Shown here piece after piece: positions 9,937 to 18,548 of a stretch of DNA of 64,000 nucleotides (its first letter is position 1; each line of letters starts with the position of its first letter). This DNA is from a virus, in IMG/VR virus record IMGVR_UViG_3300040770_000057, positions 1-64,000 of that record. One strand, 5' to 3'. The position numbers and the translations under genes are program-made. The notes under the pieces are model-generated. The model searched no databases and was not told where the DNA came from. It saw only the letters and a list, made by a program, of their open reading frames with translations.

Positions 9937-12900
9937 TCAAGAGTAGTTAAACCGCCCTGAGAGGGTTAGGACAGAACCTACCAAACCTGGATATGAACCA
10001 TCATAATAGTTAATCCCTATGTAGGCACCCCCGGCATTCCTGCCGGTAATAGCCTTGGCTGTTGCTACGTCAACTCCAGAGGCTGAGACAATCCCGAGAG
10101 GTGTTTTGGGCAAGAGTATCTTTACAAAGCCACCGCTGGTCCCTTGGGCAGTGATGGAGATTGACGCCTGAAATTCGCAAGCGTCACGGGACAGCATGTA
10201 AGTCATATCAATGGTGGCCACTAGACCAGAACCACTAGAAGATTCCACCGTACTAGCAAAAGTCGGCCAAGACCCTTTGAGGAACGGCACTGCGTCTGCA
10301 CCAACCATGTTATCCACCAGTCCTCCCCAAATGAACGATTGCATAATGTCGAGTGGGTGAATGGCCTGACCGTTGCTATAGGGGTTGTCCATAGCTGTAC
10401 CCGCAGTCCACGACATATCGTTCAAATAGGCGTAGGTGTCAAACACCGCGCATTTGTAATCCCGCCCTGCTTGACGCAGGATGTTCATAGCCACCGTGTA
10501 CCACTCAGGAGGGCGACCAGAAGCTGGATCAAAAGTAGAACCACCCATCAAAACAATACTCAAGTTTGAGGGCGTACCGAACGGGTTACTGCGGAGGGAC
10601 GCAAGTTTCTCCCGAAGGGCTGTTGCGAAGGCGGCGGCACCCATACCTTGTTCGTTGATTGTCACCTTAAAGATCATCAGATCAGTAGCTCCAGTTACGG
10701 TATCAAGGTCTGCTATGGGGTTCATTGCAGTGATAACAGAGCCGCCAACAGCCCGATTGGTGAAGTTCATTGGACTCCGAATGCCCTTACCACGGAATAA
10801 CAACTCCGGTAGTAGGTTTTGGGGTTCAAAGGCCGTGCCTGCATAACCACCACCCATAGCAGCAGTAGCTGCTGTAGAGTCTCCATAGATAAATCCGGTG
10901 AGTGCGCCACCAGCTTTAATACGCAGGAAGAACCTCCACAAGTATTCTTTCCCAGTGAACACTTTGCCGTAGTCATCAGTGACTGTAGCCCGGTACTTAC
11001 CGCCTACTGCTGCTGGAAGGTTCACCCCACCCCCACCACCAAAGCGTTTACCCAGTGGGTTGTTTACTACAGTAGAGTCGTATTCACCTCCTGCAAGAGA
11101 GATGAGAGCATTGTTTGCTGTGTTGGCCAAAGCGTTAGCAATCTCTTGAGTGCTGTCAAAAACTAAGCTTGCGCCAAAGTCTTTAATACTCAAAGAGTCT
11201 CGCAGCTTTTCTTCTGCCGTGCGAATCACAGCTCCTGTTTCTGCTGCAATTGTCCCCATCAAACTGGAGCCACTGGACGCAGAAAGATCTAGTGGAGATA
11301 CCCCAAGTAAATCATTTTGCTTATCCAGATCCCTCAAGTTAACTGAATCTTTGATAACTAAGTAGTAAGCAGCATCCATGATGTACAGATCAGCTTGACC
11401 CGGAATCAATCGCTCAGTTTCAACTCGGTCAAGGATTTGGGTTTTCCCTAAATCGCTACCAGAAGCAACAACGTAAGCATAGTGAGCACCGAGAGCCAAC
11501 AGGTCATCAATGTCATTACGTGCCCACCAGTTCGGGTAGTTGGCATTCATGTAGTCCAATGCCTTGTACATACGGACTTTATCCAGTGGAACACCCCACA
11601 AGAAACCCCATGCTTGGGACATGCACAGTGGGTAGAACAACGCACCACCGGGAACAGCAGGAGCCATGGAAGCAAGACCCTGCACATATTTGTACGTGCC
11701 AGTCTCAGGTTCCCAGAGTGATTCCAATCCCTCAGCAATAATGTCTTTCCACACAACCATCGTTGCAGCGTAAGGTGCATCTGGAATAAAGGTAGTCCAG
11801 ATCGACTCTGCTGCTGCAAAGCCAGCCCACACTTCAGTGTTGTCCATAAAGAACGAAGCTGAGTACGTTCCACCAAACGGCACACCATCACCTTGGAAAG
11901 TTTTGGTCAGCTTGTTTGCCAGAATCTGCGTAGTCAGGTTGTGGTAAATCACTTCACGCATCAGTTCCTGATACGTCAATCCATTCTGCACAGTTACTTC
12001 ATTGAGCCAAGCTGTGTCAGTTGGGTTTGCTTTCAGGTACCGATACACAGCCCAGATCCAGCAAGCTGCATATGAGTCATGCGAGTCAGGACTCTTCGCA
12101 CGGCGAAGCGTTGGCTCAACGTCATACCAGAAGAACTTCTGATCTGGGTGTGCGTAGTTGCCAATGCAACGCCACACAACAGTACCTTCAGTAACTTCAG
12201 CACCCACAACTGCATTGGCAGTGAATGGAGGTGTTGCCGTAGTGTTGCCACCAACGACACATTCCCAAACACGACCTTGCGTGACAGGACCAGCAACCTT
12301 ACGGCCTTCAGTGTACGAAGCACCAGAGATCCATTCGTTCACCACATGGAAAGCGACAGACTTCAGGTAGTCCTTGATCAGAGCAGGAAGACGACCTGCC
12401 ATCAGTCCAGCAGCCAGAGTCGAGAAGTACCAAGTGATACCCGAACGTGCAGACACACGCAGAGCACCAGCGTAAGCACTACGACCACGGAAAGTAAACA
12501 CGGCTGTACCAGAAGGAACCAAGTCGTACCCTGAGTTCGCTTCTTCGTCAAAGGTTGGTCCTTCAGGAGCAATCTCAGCTACGCCTTCGGTGTAGCACTT
12601 CCACAGATCACCACGTTCTGTGCGGTAAACCACATTACGAACAGCAGCCATACCATCAACCCAAGTTTCCCAACTGGTTGGGATTGCATGGTATTCCTCA
12701 AAGTGGTAATCGGTGAACTGCCGTGGACTTGGGCGCAATGGAATTGGCTTCGTAGCCCGACGCATGTAAACACCTTGCACCTTCGTTGCAGAAGACTGGA
12801 TCCGTGCATAGTGCATCCAAGTGTCATACCGGGGGAACATCCAGTACTCAGACAATGCTTTGTCTTCAAAGTGGTATTGACCCTGATCAGTAATCCACAC

Positions 12901-13680
12901 ATCCCGAATTGTGTTCGGCGGCACAGTCACGTTTGTAGGTGGCAGAGTCCAGCGAGTAAACGGAAACTGCACAACCATTTCAGGAATGGCAACAGTCAAG
13001 GTTGACGTTGGGGGTGGTACTTCAACTGTGATTGCCCATGGATAAGCAGGGGGTCCACCAAGAGCCAAGGAAGACAATGCAGGTTGATCTTCCCAAACGA
13101 CGAGGCCATCTCGGACTTGAAGACTTGTGCCTTCCAATCCCATAGCTAAACGAGTTGGAGCACCTGCCACACCACCGACAATAATATCTTGTGGGGTAGT
13201 CATTGGATTACTATTGATGCTCAGCAAAAGCATGGCTTCATAGTGAGCTTGTGCTTGTGCTTCACTGGCAGCAGCATTCTCAGCACTCACCTCAGCAGCG
13301 GCAACATTAGCAGCCACTTGACCAGCCAGTGCTGGGAGCGTCTGCAAGAAAGCCAAGTTCGCATGGATGGTGCCAAACATTCCGATCTGTGGGTACAGAG
13401 CCACGAGCTTACCCAAATCAGCGTGCAGAGCTTGGATCTCAATCAGCCGACCAGCCACAGCATTCACGCTTGTGATGTTGTTGGCCAAGTTGTTGATGTT
13501 TTCAATGCTGGCTGCAAGAGCAGTCACATCAATGATGTTGTCTGCAACGGTACGAATCAGGCTCATTCGCTCCGCAACAAACTTCACAATCTTGTATGCA
13601 TTGCCAATCAGTTGATCGACGATCTGATCATCAGACATTGGGTAGCCATTTGGCTCACCGAATACAGGTTGTAGTGACAT
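9937..13680 (-). CDS. tail sheath/fibre-type protein (N4 gp65 position) with a central enzyme-like domain and a C-terminal SGNH hydrolase domain
   Basis: Start moved to ATG 13680 (GAGGA SD, 1 nt after the upstream stop); the track start is 13704. FIYGDSTA and GQAIHPLD match SGNH blocks I and V. The central region is paralogous to the 28336-29511 product. Confidence 0.75.
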   Translation of the reverse strand: MSLQPVFGEPNGYPMSDDQIVDQLIGNAYKIVKFVAERMSLIRTVADNIIDVTALAASIENINNLANNITSVNAVAGRLIEIQALHADLGKLVALYPQIGMFGTIHANLAFLQTLPALAGQVAANVAAAEVSAENAAASEAQAQAHYEAMLLLSINSNPMTTPQDIIVGGVAGAPTRLAMGLEGTSLQVRDGLVVWEDQPALSSLALGGPPAYPWAITVEVPPPTSTLTVAIPEMVVQFPFTRWTLPPTNVTVPPNTIRDVWITDQGQYHFEDKALSEYWMFPRYDTWMHYARIQSSATKVQGVYMRRATKPIPLRPSPRQFTDYHFEEYHAIPTSWETWVDGMAAVRNVVYRTERGDLWKCYTEGVAEIAPEGPTFDEEANSGYDLVPSGTAVFTFRGRSAYAGALRVSARSGITWYFSTLAAGLMAGRLPALIKDYLKSVAFHVVNEWISGASYTEGRKVAGPVTQGRVWECVVGGNTTATPPFTANAVVGAEVTEGTVVWRCIGNYAHPDQKFFWYDVEPTLRRAKSPDSHDSYAACWIWAVYRYLKANPTDTAWLNEVTVQNGLTYQELMREVIYHNLTTQILANKLTKTFQGDGVPFGGTYSASFFMDNTEVWAGFAAAESIWTTFIPDAPYAATMVVWKDIIAEGLESLWEPETGTYKYVQGLASMAPAVPGGALFYPLCMSQAWGFLWGVPLDKVRMYKALDYMNANYPNWWARNDIDDLLALGAHYAYVVASGSDLGKTQILDRVETERLIPGQADLYIMDAAYYLVIKDSVNLRDLDKQNDLLGVSPLDLSASSGSSLMGTIAAETGAVIRTAEEKLRDSLSIKDFGASLVFDSTQEIANALANTANNALISLAGGEYDSTVVNNPLGKRFGGGGGVNLPAAVGGKYRATVTDDYGKVFTGKEYLWRFFLRIKAGGALTGFIYGDSTAATAAMGGGYAGTAFEPQNLLPELLFRGKGIRSPMNFTNRAVGGSVITAMNPIADLDTVTGATDLMIFKVTINEQGMGAAAFATALREKLASLRSNPFGTPSNLSIVLMGGSTFDPASGRPPEWYTVAMNILRQAGRDYKCAVFDTYAYLNDMSWTAGTAMDNPYSNGQAIHPLDIMQSFIWGGLVDNMVGADAVPFLKGSWPTFASTVESSSGSGLVATIDMTYMLSRDACEFQASISITAQGTSGGFVKILLPKTPLGIVSASGVDVATAKAITGRNAGGAYIGINYYDGSYPGLVGSVLTLSGRFNYS

Positions 13681-13681
13681 A

Positions 13682-14389
13682 TCAAATCCATCCTCTTTGT
13701 TCAAAACGTGTGTTAATTTCGCTTACGCTCATGTTCAACACATCCATTTCAGTGGCGTCAGCACAAATGCTATCGAACATAGCAATGTGACTTTGTGCGA
13801 TCACCATAGATTCTTGGGTATTGATACTGTTGTAAACCTTGTGTGCAATGAAGGCTGTCAAGGCTCCATGTAATGTAGCAGATAAGGTAATGGTTCTATG
13901 CCCATTCTCCCCCAAGGAAAGCTTACGATGACTGGCTTGGTAGTTGACAGAGATAACCTCATCTGTCCTACAAACGGGAACCTGCAAAACCTGTGGTGCA
14001 ACAGTAAAACAACTGAAGTATTGCTTCGCGTCATTGAGTGGACGTACACCACCCCAAGTATTCTGAACCGACATTACCTTGATCACATCACCCGTGAACT
14101 TGTCTTCAGGAAGATCACGAATGTATGGGTATTGAGCAATGGAGTTGTCATACGACTGCACTGCATAGGCAGGCTGAAGGTTGTAGTTCGTCAACCCTTC
14201 TTGCAGTTCAATCATCAGAGACTTCTGAGAAAGAATGTACTTGGTATGCAAGCGAAGCAAAGCTTCGTTTGCGTAGAGAACAATCCGGGGCTGAGCTTCT
14301 TCAGTGATGGTGCCATCACCACTGTTTGCCATAGCCAGATTGCTAAGCTCCCCGTAGGAGAGCATGGAAAAGAGATCATCGAGTTGCAT
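13682..14389 (-). CDS. virion protein (N4 gp67 position)
   Basis: 235 aa. GAGGA SD. Lies between terminase and the tail gene. Confidence 0.6.
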   Translation of the reverse strand: MQLDDLFSMLSYGELSNLAMANSGDGTITEEAQPRIVLYANEALLRLHTKYILSQKSLMIELQEGLTNYNLQPAYAVQSYDNSIAQYPYIRDLPEDKFTGDVIKVMSVQNTWGGVRPLNDAKQYFSCFTVAPQVLQVPVCRTDEVISVNYQASHRKLSLGENGHRTITLSATLHGALTAFIAHKVYNSINTQESMVIAQSHIAMFDSICADATEMDVLNMSVSEINTRFEQRGWI

Positions 14390-14395
14390 AAATCC

Positions 14396-15991
14396 TCACA
14401 CAATGTACAAAGCCAAACCGCTGGTAGGTTCTTGATTTCCCTGCTCATCCCAGAGCATGTCATCCTCTTTGGTGACAGGGGCCGATTCGGAAGGTTTCCA
14501 CGGAGTCAGGTAACCAAGCTGTGAGATTGTGTCGATGGCGTCATCTTTTCCTTTGATGCCGCTCTTTGTGACCAGTCGAAGCTGTCCCATAAAGATGCCC
14601 ATAATAACACTCTGCTTCATCTCTTCTGGGAAAAACATCTTGCCCATCTTGAACCAAGGAACTACAACATTGAATCGTGCAAGCTTGTCGGTCAACGGAC
14701 GGATGCCCGGTTCACCTGTCTTGGATGACGAAGCAAAGCTGAACCACACATTGCGATTCATCATCTCACCTTGGATCCATTTGATGAAAGCATTCTGCTG
14801 GCCAGAGATCTCAATCCCCACAGCCTGTGGCTTGTACTCTTGAACCAAACGGAAGAGATCATTGATTGACTTGTCCATAGTCTGTCGTTCGCACACACCA
14901 TCCACCCAGAACCAATCTCCGTTTGCGTTGTACGCCCACACGCTGATCACTGAATAGTCAGCCGTTTGCTTTGACGAGGTAGCGAAGTCAGTCGTAATAT
15001 AAAAGTTGAAAGTACTCTTGTTGGCAAGGATCTTGCTACGGTTGTACCACTGAACTTCCTCATCCTGAACCAAACGCTCATCATTGCTCGTGATCCGAAG
15101 CATCAACTCTTGGTAGAACGCTGACAACTTGCCAGTCTTCACAGCCATGTCGTACTGAGCTTTCACGTAGGCGTAAGTAAACCGATCCTCCCATGCACCC
15201 ACAAAGTCTTTCTCTTCACAAGGGAATCGTTCGCACACAGGCCACACGTTCACATCCCATGCACCTGACTCAACTGCCTCAATCAGAATGTCTTCTGTGT
15301 TGAATGGCGTACCGTTGAAGATCACCTTCCTGCGTGTTGGATCCAAAGCATGATTGACACCCTTGTAAACCGTATCCTTGATACTGATCATGGCTGCTTT
15401 GGATTTGGAATCATCATCACTGACCAGATCATCAAGCACTGCCAGCACAGGTCGCTTGCCAAAGATCTTGGTTCCCCGAAGTCCAGTCTTTGCACCGAAC
15501 ATCTTCACGCCAAGCCGTAGGCCGTCCCGATTTTTAAACTCAAGGTAGTTGTCAGTAAAGGCAGCGTGAGGAATCCAGTACATCAAGAAGGGGCTGTTGT
15601 AGTAGCGAAACTCAATGTTCTTTCTTGCACTCTTCACCCCGTTGTCCATAGAGTCGGACACGTAGATCATTCCTTCCACTCGCCCAAAGTTTGGCAAGTA
15701 TCCGAACTGGGCAATGAACAGAGTGAAGTACTCCATGAACAGAGTAGTCTTTGCTGCACCACGAAAGCAAAGGTTGGCAATGTAGTCGCTGACACCAGCA
15801 GCTACCTTGTCCAACATGCACAGGTGAACAGGTGGAGTCTTGTGACTCTCACCCTCAGTACCATTCACCAGCTTGATCCAGTTCATAAAGATCAAACTGA
15901 ATTCAGTAGGGATGTAGTCAGGTGAGTTCAGTACCGTGTAGTCAACTTGATCAAGCCAAGCATCAAGTCCTTGTTTAACTATTTGGTACAT
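14396..15991 (-). CDS. terL: terminase large subunit (N4 gp68-like)
   Basis: 531 aa from MYQIVKQ with a GGAGG SD. VLAVLDDLVSDDD is Walker-B-like. ITTDFATSSK...YSVISVW is a nuclease-type Asp motif. Confidence 0.8.
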   Translation of the reverse strand: MYQIVKQGLDAWLDQVDYTVLNSPDYIPTEFSLIFMNWIKLVNGTEGESHKTPPVHLCMLDKVAAGVSDYIANLCFRGAAKTTLFMEYFTLFIAQFGYLPNFGRVEGMIYVSDSMDNGVKSARKNIEFRYYNSPFLMYWIPHAAFTDNYLEFKNRDGLRLGVKMFGAKTGLRGTKIFGKRPVLAVLDDLVSDDDSKSKAAMISIKDTVYKGVNHALDPTRRKVIFNGTPFNTEDILIEAVESGAWDVNVWPVCERFPCEEKDFVGAWEDRFTYAYVKAQYDMAVKTGKLSAFYQELMLRITSNDERLVQDEEVQWYNRSKILANKSTFNFYITTDFATSSKQTADYSVISVWAYNANGDWFWVDGVCERQTMDKSINDLFRLVQEYKPQAVGIEISGQQNAFIKWIQGEMMNRNVWFSFASSSKTGEPGIRPLTDKLARFNVVVPWFKMGKMFFPEEMKQSVIMGIFMGQLRLVTKSGIKGKDDAIDTISQLGYLTPWKPSESAPVTKEDDMLWDEQGNQEPTSGLALYIV

Positions 15992-16661
15992 GCTTCGCCT
16001 CCACATCCATAATGTTCTGGCCAGCAATCGTCTTTGCTGTCACGCCCGAAGAGATCATCTCCTGCTGACGCTTCGCCATCGAAGCCAGCATGTCGCGCAT
16101 CTCATCAATACCACTGGCATTCGTCACTTCAAAGTTGATCAACGGGCCTGCCTCTTTCGGCTTGGTCAGGTGGGTCAGCAATGCATTGGCCGAATCAGAC
16201 TGTACCTTTTGACTATCGGCATGGATCATCAGATAGGCTAACTGATTGATCGCTTTCTGATGCACATCCTGATTCAGAACCCAAGTAGGAACAAGAGCTT
16301 GCTCCATGATCTTGTTCACTAACTTACCTTTATGGTAAGCCGACACGTAGGCTGATATGTCTTTGTCTGTGGTTCCCTTCGCAAGCAGGGTGGCATACCG
16401 AGTGGGAAACGTGCGTGCATAAGCATCCTTGTTGCTCATGTCCATCAGCTTAAAGCTCACGTACATCACAGCATTCAAGTAATCATCAGTCTTGTACCTG
16501 CCCTCCTTCAGCACAGTCGAGTACGACAGGAAGTTCTCCCGAATACATTCGGCCATTTCAGGATCGTTCACTGCCATGTTGATCCGATCAACGAGGCTTG
16601 GTGTGACAGCACTTCGCAGGGTAGCGGGTAGTGCTTTCTCGATTTGTTCTGTGGTCAGCAT
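15975..16661 (-). CDS. gp69-position protein, possible small terminase subunit
   Basis: 228 aa, immediately upstream of and overlapping terL. Function inferred from position only. Confidence 0.45.
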   Translation of the reverse strand: MLTTEQIEKALPATLRSAVTPSLVDRINMAVNDPEMAECIRENFLSYSTVLKEGRYKTDDYLNAVMYVSFKLMDMSNKDAYARTFPTRYATLLAKGTTDKDISAYVSAYHKGKLVNKIMEQALVPTWVLNQDVHQKAINQLAYLMIHADSQKVQSDSANALLTHLTKPKEAGPLINFEVTNASGIDEMRDMLASMAKRQQEMISSGVTAKTIAGQNIMDVEAKHVPNS

Positions 16662-17092
16662 TACAGTTTCATCCTATTTAGTTTTCGTACAAGCACAGTC
16701 CTGAAGCTCACCAACTGCTGAATCTGTTCAGCAACCGACAACTTCTCAGCATCCAAATAAATCCCAGTGGTAATCCCGTTCCTAAGATTCTCCAGCCGTG
16801 CATCAGTAGTCAGCAAGTCTGCTTCGTACTGGGCTATCTGGTTGCTCCTATTTATATCTAAAGATTGAACCAAGGTTGTGGAATCTAGCCCCAGAAAGTT
16901 CTGTAGCATCGCCTCTGCTTCCACTCGGCACAAAGCTTTCAGTTCTTCTTCCCCTTGGGTTGGGTCAAAACGAATCTCGCCAGTGAGCACATTGCCATTG
17001 GCTAGAAAGATTTTCCACCTATAGAACTCACCATCTCGCTCGTAAGTCTCTCGTACAGCAACATGGTCAGCTTGAAGTTTGGCTTCGTCCAT
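16661..17092 (-). CDS. hypothetical protein, first gene of the minus-strand block
   Basis: 143-aa ORF, 1-nt start/stop overlap (TAATG) with the next gene, weak SD. Confidence 0.55.
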   Translation of the reverse strand: MDEAKLQADHVAVRETYERDGEFYRWKIFLANGNVLTGEIRFDPTQGEEELKALCRVEAEAMLQNFLGLDSTTLVQSLDINRSNQIAQYEADLLTTDARLENLRNGITTGIYLDAEKLSVAEQIQQLVSFRTVLVRKLNRMKL

Positions 17093-17122
17093 AGTCTTTT
17101 ATTTGGTTCGTTAAAGGTAGCA

Positions 17123-17151
17123 ACTATACTTTAGTCTATCTTTAGTCACAA
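17123..17151 (-). promoter_or_regulatory. candidate sigma70-type late promoter
   Basis: On the minus strand: TTGTGA, 17 nt spacer, TATAGT, about 30 nt upstream of ATG 17092. Confidence 0.25.
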
Positions 17152-17311
17152 AAATGTTTCGTGCCATGGTAACATTCCACCTGCCTTGACATGGTGGATC
17201 CGCTCAGCAAGGGGATAGCGGTAGTAACACTTGCAGTTAGAGATGCCCCGCCTCCTGATAAATAAAGGGGCGTTGATCTAATAGGATGGCAACCTTAATA
17301 GCTTTATGAGA

Positions 17312-17347
17312 ATGGGGAGAGTTGTAGTGACTCTCTCCATTTTTTTA
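17312..17347 (+). terminator. intrinsic-terminator-like hairpin with no upstream plus-strand gene
   Basis: GGAGAG/CTCTCC stem (17316-17321 / 17333-17338) extended by AT pairs, then TTTTTTT. Confidence 0.45.
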
Positions 17348-17404
17348 ATCCTTCCATATATTTATATCTAGTTAAAGATATATCTAGAAACTTTTAGAAG
17401 GATG

Positions 17405-17435
17405 TTCTGCAATTTTTTGCAGTGCAGAATTTTTA
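17405..17435 (+). terminator. second terminator-like element with two alternative hairpins
   Basis: TTCTGCA/TGCAGAA (7 bp), or inner CTGCAA-TTTT-TTGCAG, followed by TTTTTA. Confidence 0.35.
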
Positions 17436-17524
17436 TTATGTAGGTAGGGTTGTAGTACTTTGGTGCTACACCGTACACCAAATAATTACCACCCCCCCGT
17501 AGTGCTTACACACTACACATACAC

Positions 17525-17557
17525 AGGGCGTACCGCCCTTCTGGACAATCTTGTCCA
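17525..17557 (+). promoter_or_regulatory. twin-hairpin motif copy 1 (candidate vRNAP early promoter)
   Basis: AGGGCG-TAC-CGCCCT, TC, TGGACA-ATCT-TGTCCA. Lies 47 nt (loop centre) before the SD-led ATG at 17579. Shares CTTCTGGACA...GTCCAT with copy 2. Confidence 0.5.
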
Positions 17558-17578
17558 TCTACTATCAGGAGTTAACTC

Positions 17579-17902
17579 ATGGCAACATCACGTATCACGT
17601 TCGGCGCAGTCCTCGGCACCATCGGTGACGCAGCAGGTACTGTCAGTACCGTCCTCAACACTGTCACAACCAGTGTCTCAATGCTCGGCAAGTTCGTTGA
17701 CGATGCTAAAGAACAGCAACGCATCCGCTCCATTGTCAACATGGACTCCTTCGGAGAAGTCCTCGCAGAGGAATCAGCTATGGCTGAAGCTACCCGCAAA
17801 TCAGACATTCTTGCATTCTGCAAGAAGTCTCCTGAACATCAGGAACTCTTCAACGTCGGCTACAACCGCGTTAAAGCACTCTTGGCTGTCCCAACCAAGT
17901 AA
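17579..17902 (+). CDS. early protein, unknown function
   Basis: 107 aa. CAGGAG SD. Followed by a terminator. Confidence 0.7.
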   Translation: MATSRITFGAVLGTIGDAAGTVSTVLNTVTTSVSMLGKFVDDAKEQQRIRSIVNMDSFGEVLAEESAMAEATRKSDILAFCKKSPEHQELFNVGYNRVKALLAVPTK

Positions 17903-17904
17903 CC

Positions 17905-17923
17905 AAAGGGCTTCGGCCCTTTT
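17905..17923 (+). terminator. intrinsic terminator (TTCG tetraloop)
   Basis: AAAGGGC-TTCG-GCCCTTT plus T, directly after the stop at 17902. Confidence 0.6.
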
Positions 17924-17928
17924 CAATT

Positions 17929-18028
17929 AGATAGATAGTCTCTCACTATCTATCTTCTCATCTCGATAGTCCTATCCTCTATAGGAAATAACTATCGGAT
18001 CAGGTTAGCTGATAGTACTACGCTATCA
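17929..18028. repeat. cluster of three hairpins built on GATAG/CTATC
   Basis: AGATAGATAGT-CTCTC-ACTATCTATCT (11-bp perfect). CGATAGT...ACTATCG with nested CCTAT-CCTCT-ATAGG. TGATAG-TACTACG-CTATCA. Confidence 0.8.
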
Positions 18029-18093
18029 ATTCCTAACCCCAATTTCCATCTCTCCCAAACCTAAACACAACCTAAATACTATGGACTAAACTT

Positions 18094-18297
18094 ATGTCTA
18101 TCCCAATGCTTTTCCGTGTTGCTATCGTTAGCAACTACGACGAAATGCTCTTCACTGAAAGTTGGGCTTCTGAACCAATGTCTGAAGAACAAGCTGAACT
18201 TGTTGCCAAAGACCTCAATTCCAAAGCTCCACCTAACGGTCCCAACTACCACTTGGTAGTTCCCTCAACCTACACACTCTACTCATTCACACCATGA
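18094..18297 (+). CDS. hypothetical early protein
   Basis: 67-aa ORF, ATGA overlap with the next ORF, no clear SD. Confidence 0.5.
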   Translation: MSIPMLFRVAIVSNYDEMLFTESWASEPMSEEQAELVAKDLNSKAPPNGPNYHLVVPSTYTLYSFTP

Positions 18298-18482
18298 AAT
18301 ACCTTTGCTGTTTCACCATGTTCCTGTGTCTCATAACCTTTGGCATCTCTTTAGTTGCCCTTGGTTTGTTCACAACCAACCAAATACCTTGGTTTGTTGC
18401 TTTGGTGTCCTCAATCGTTGTTGGCTTCTACAGCTCTGTATGGGCCGAATACTACGAGCATCACCCTACGTGTAATCAATAA
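18294..18482 (+). CDS. small two-TM membrane protein
   Basis: 62 aa with two hydrophobic helices (FTMFLCLITFGISLVALGLF / WFVALVSSIVVGFYSSVW). Confidence 0.55.
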   Translation: MKYLCCFTMFLCLITFGISLVALGLFTTNQIPWFVALVSSIVVGFYSSVWAEYYEHHPTCNQ

Positions 18483-18483
18483 G

Positions 18484-18516
18484 AGGCGGCTACGCCGCTT
18501 CTGGACATTTCGTCCA
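18484..18516 (+). promoter_or_regulatory. twin-hairpin motif copy 2 (candidate vRNAP early promoter; may also terminate the upstream unit)
   Basis: (AG)GCGGC-TAC-GCCGC(TT), C, TGGAC-ATTTC-GTCCA. Lies 57 nt before the SD-led ATG at 18549. Confidence 0.5.
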
Positions 18517-18548
18517 TTCCTCAATCAATCTTCTCAGGAGTATTTACC

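Noticed and set aside
13681-13704. Track start (13704) for the tail protein
   Set aside because: It has no SD and overlaps the upstream gene by 23 nt. ATG 13680 has a GAGGA SD and lies 1 nt after the upstream stop. The difference is only 8 codons, so this stays uncertain.
17186-17220. Plus-strand TTGACA as a sigma70 early promoter
   Set aside because: No acceptable -10 hexamer lies 16-19 bp downstream (AAGGGG region), and N4-like early transcription is not expected to use the host polymerase.
17567-17581. Identical SD context AGGAGTTAACT at the first early gene and at the last plus-strand gene (55031-55044)
   Set aside because: An 11-nt match that includes the SD consensus is most likely coincidence. 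No extended similarity flanks either site.
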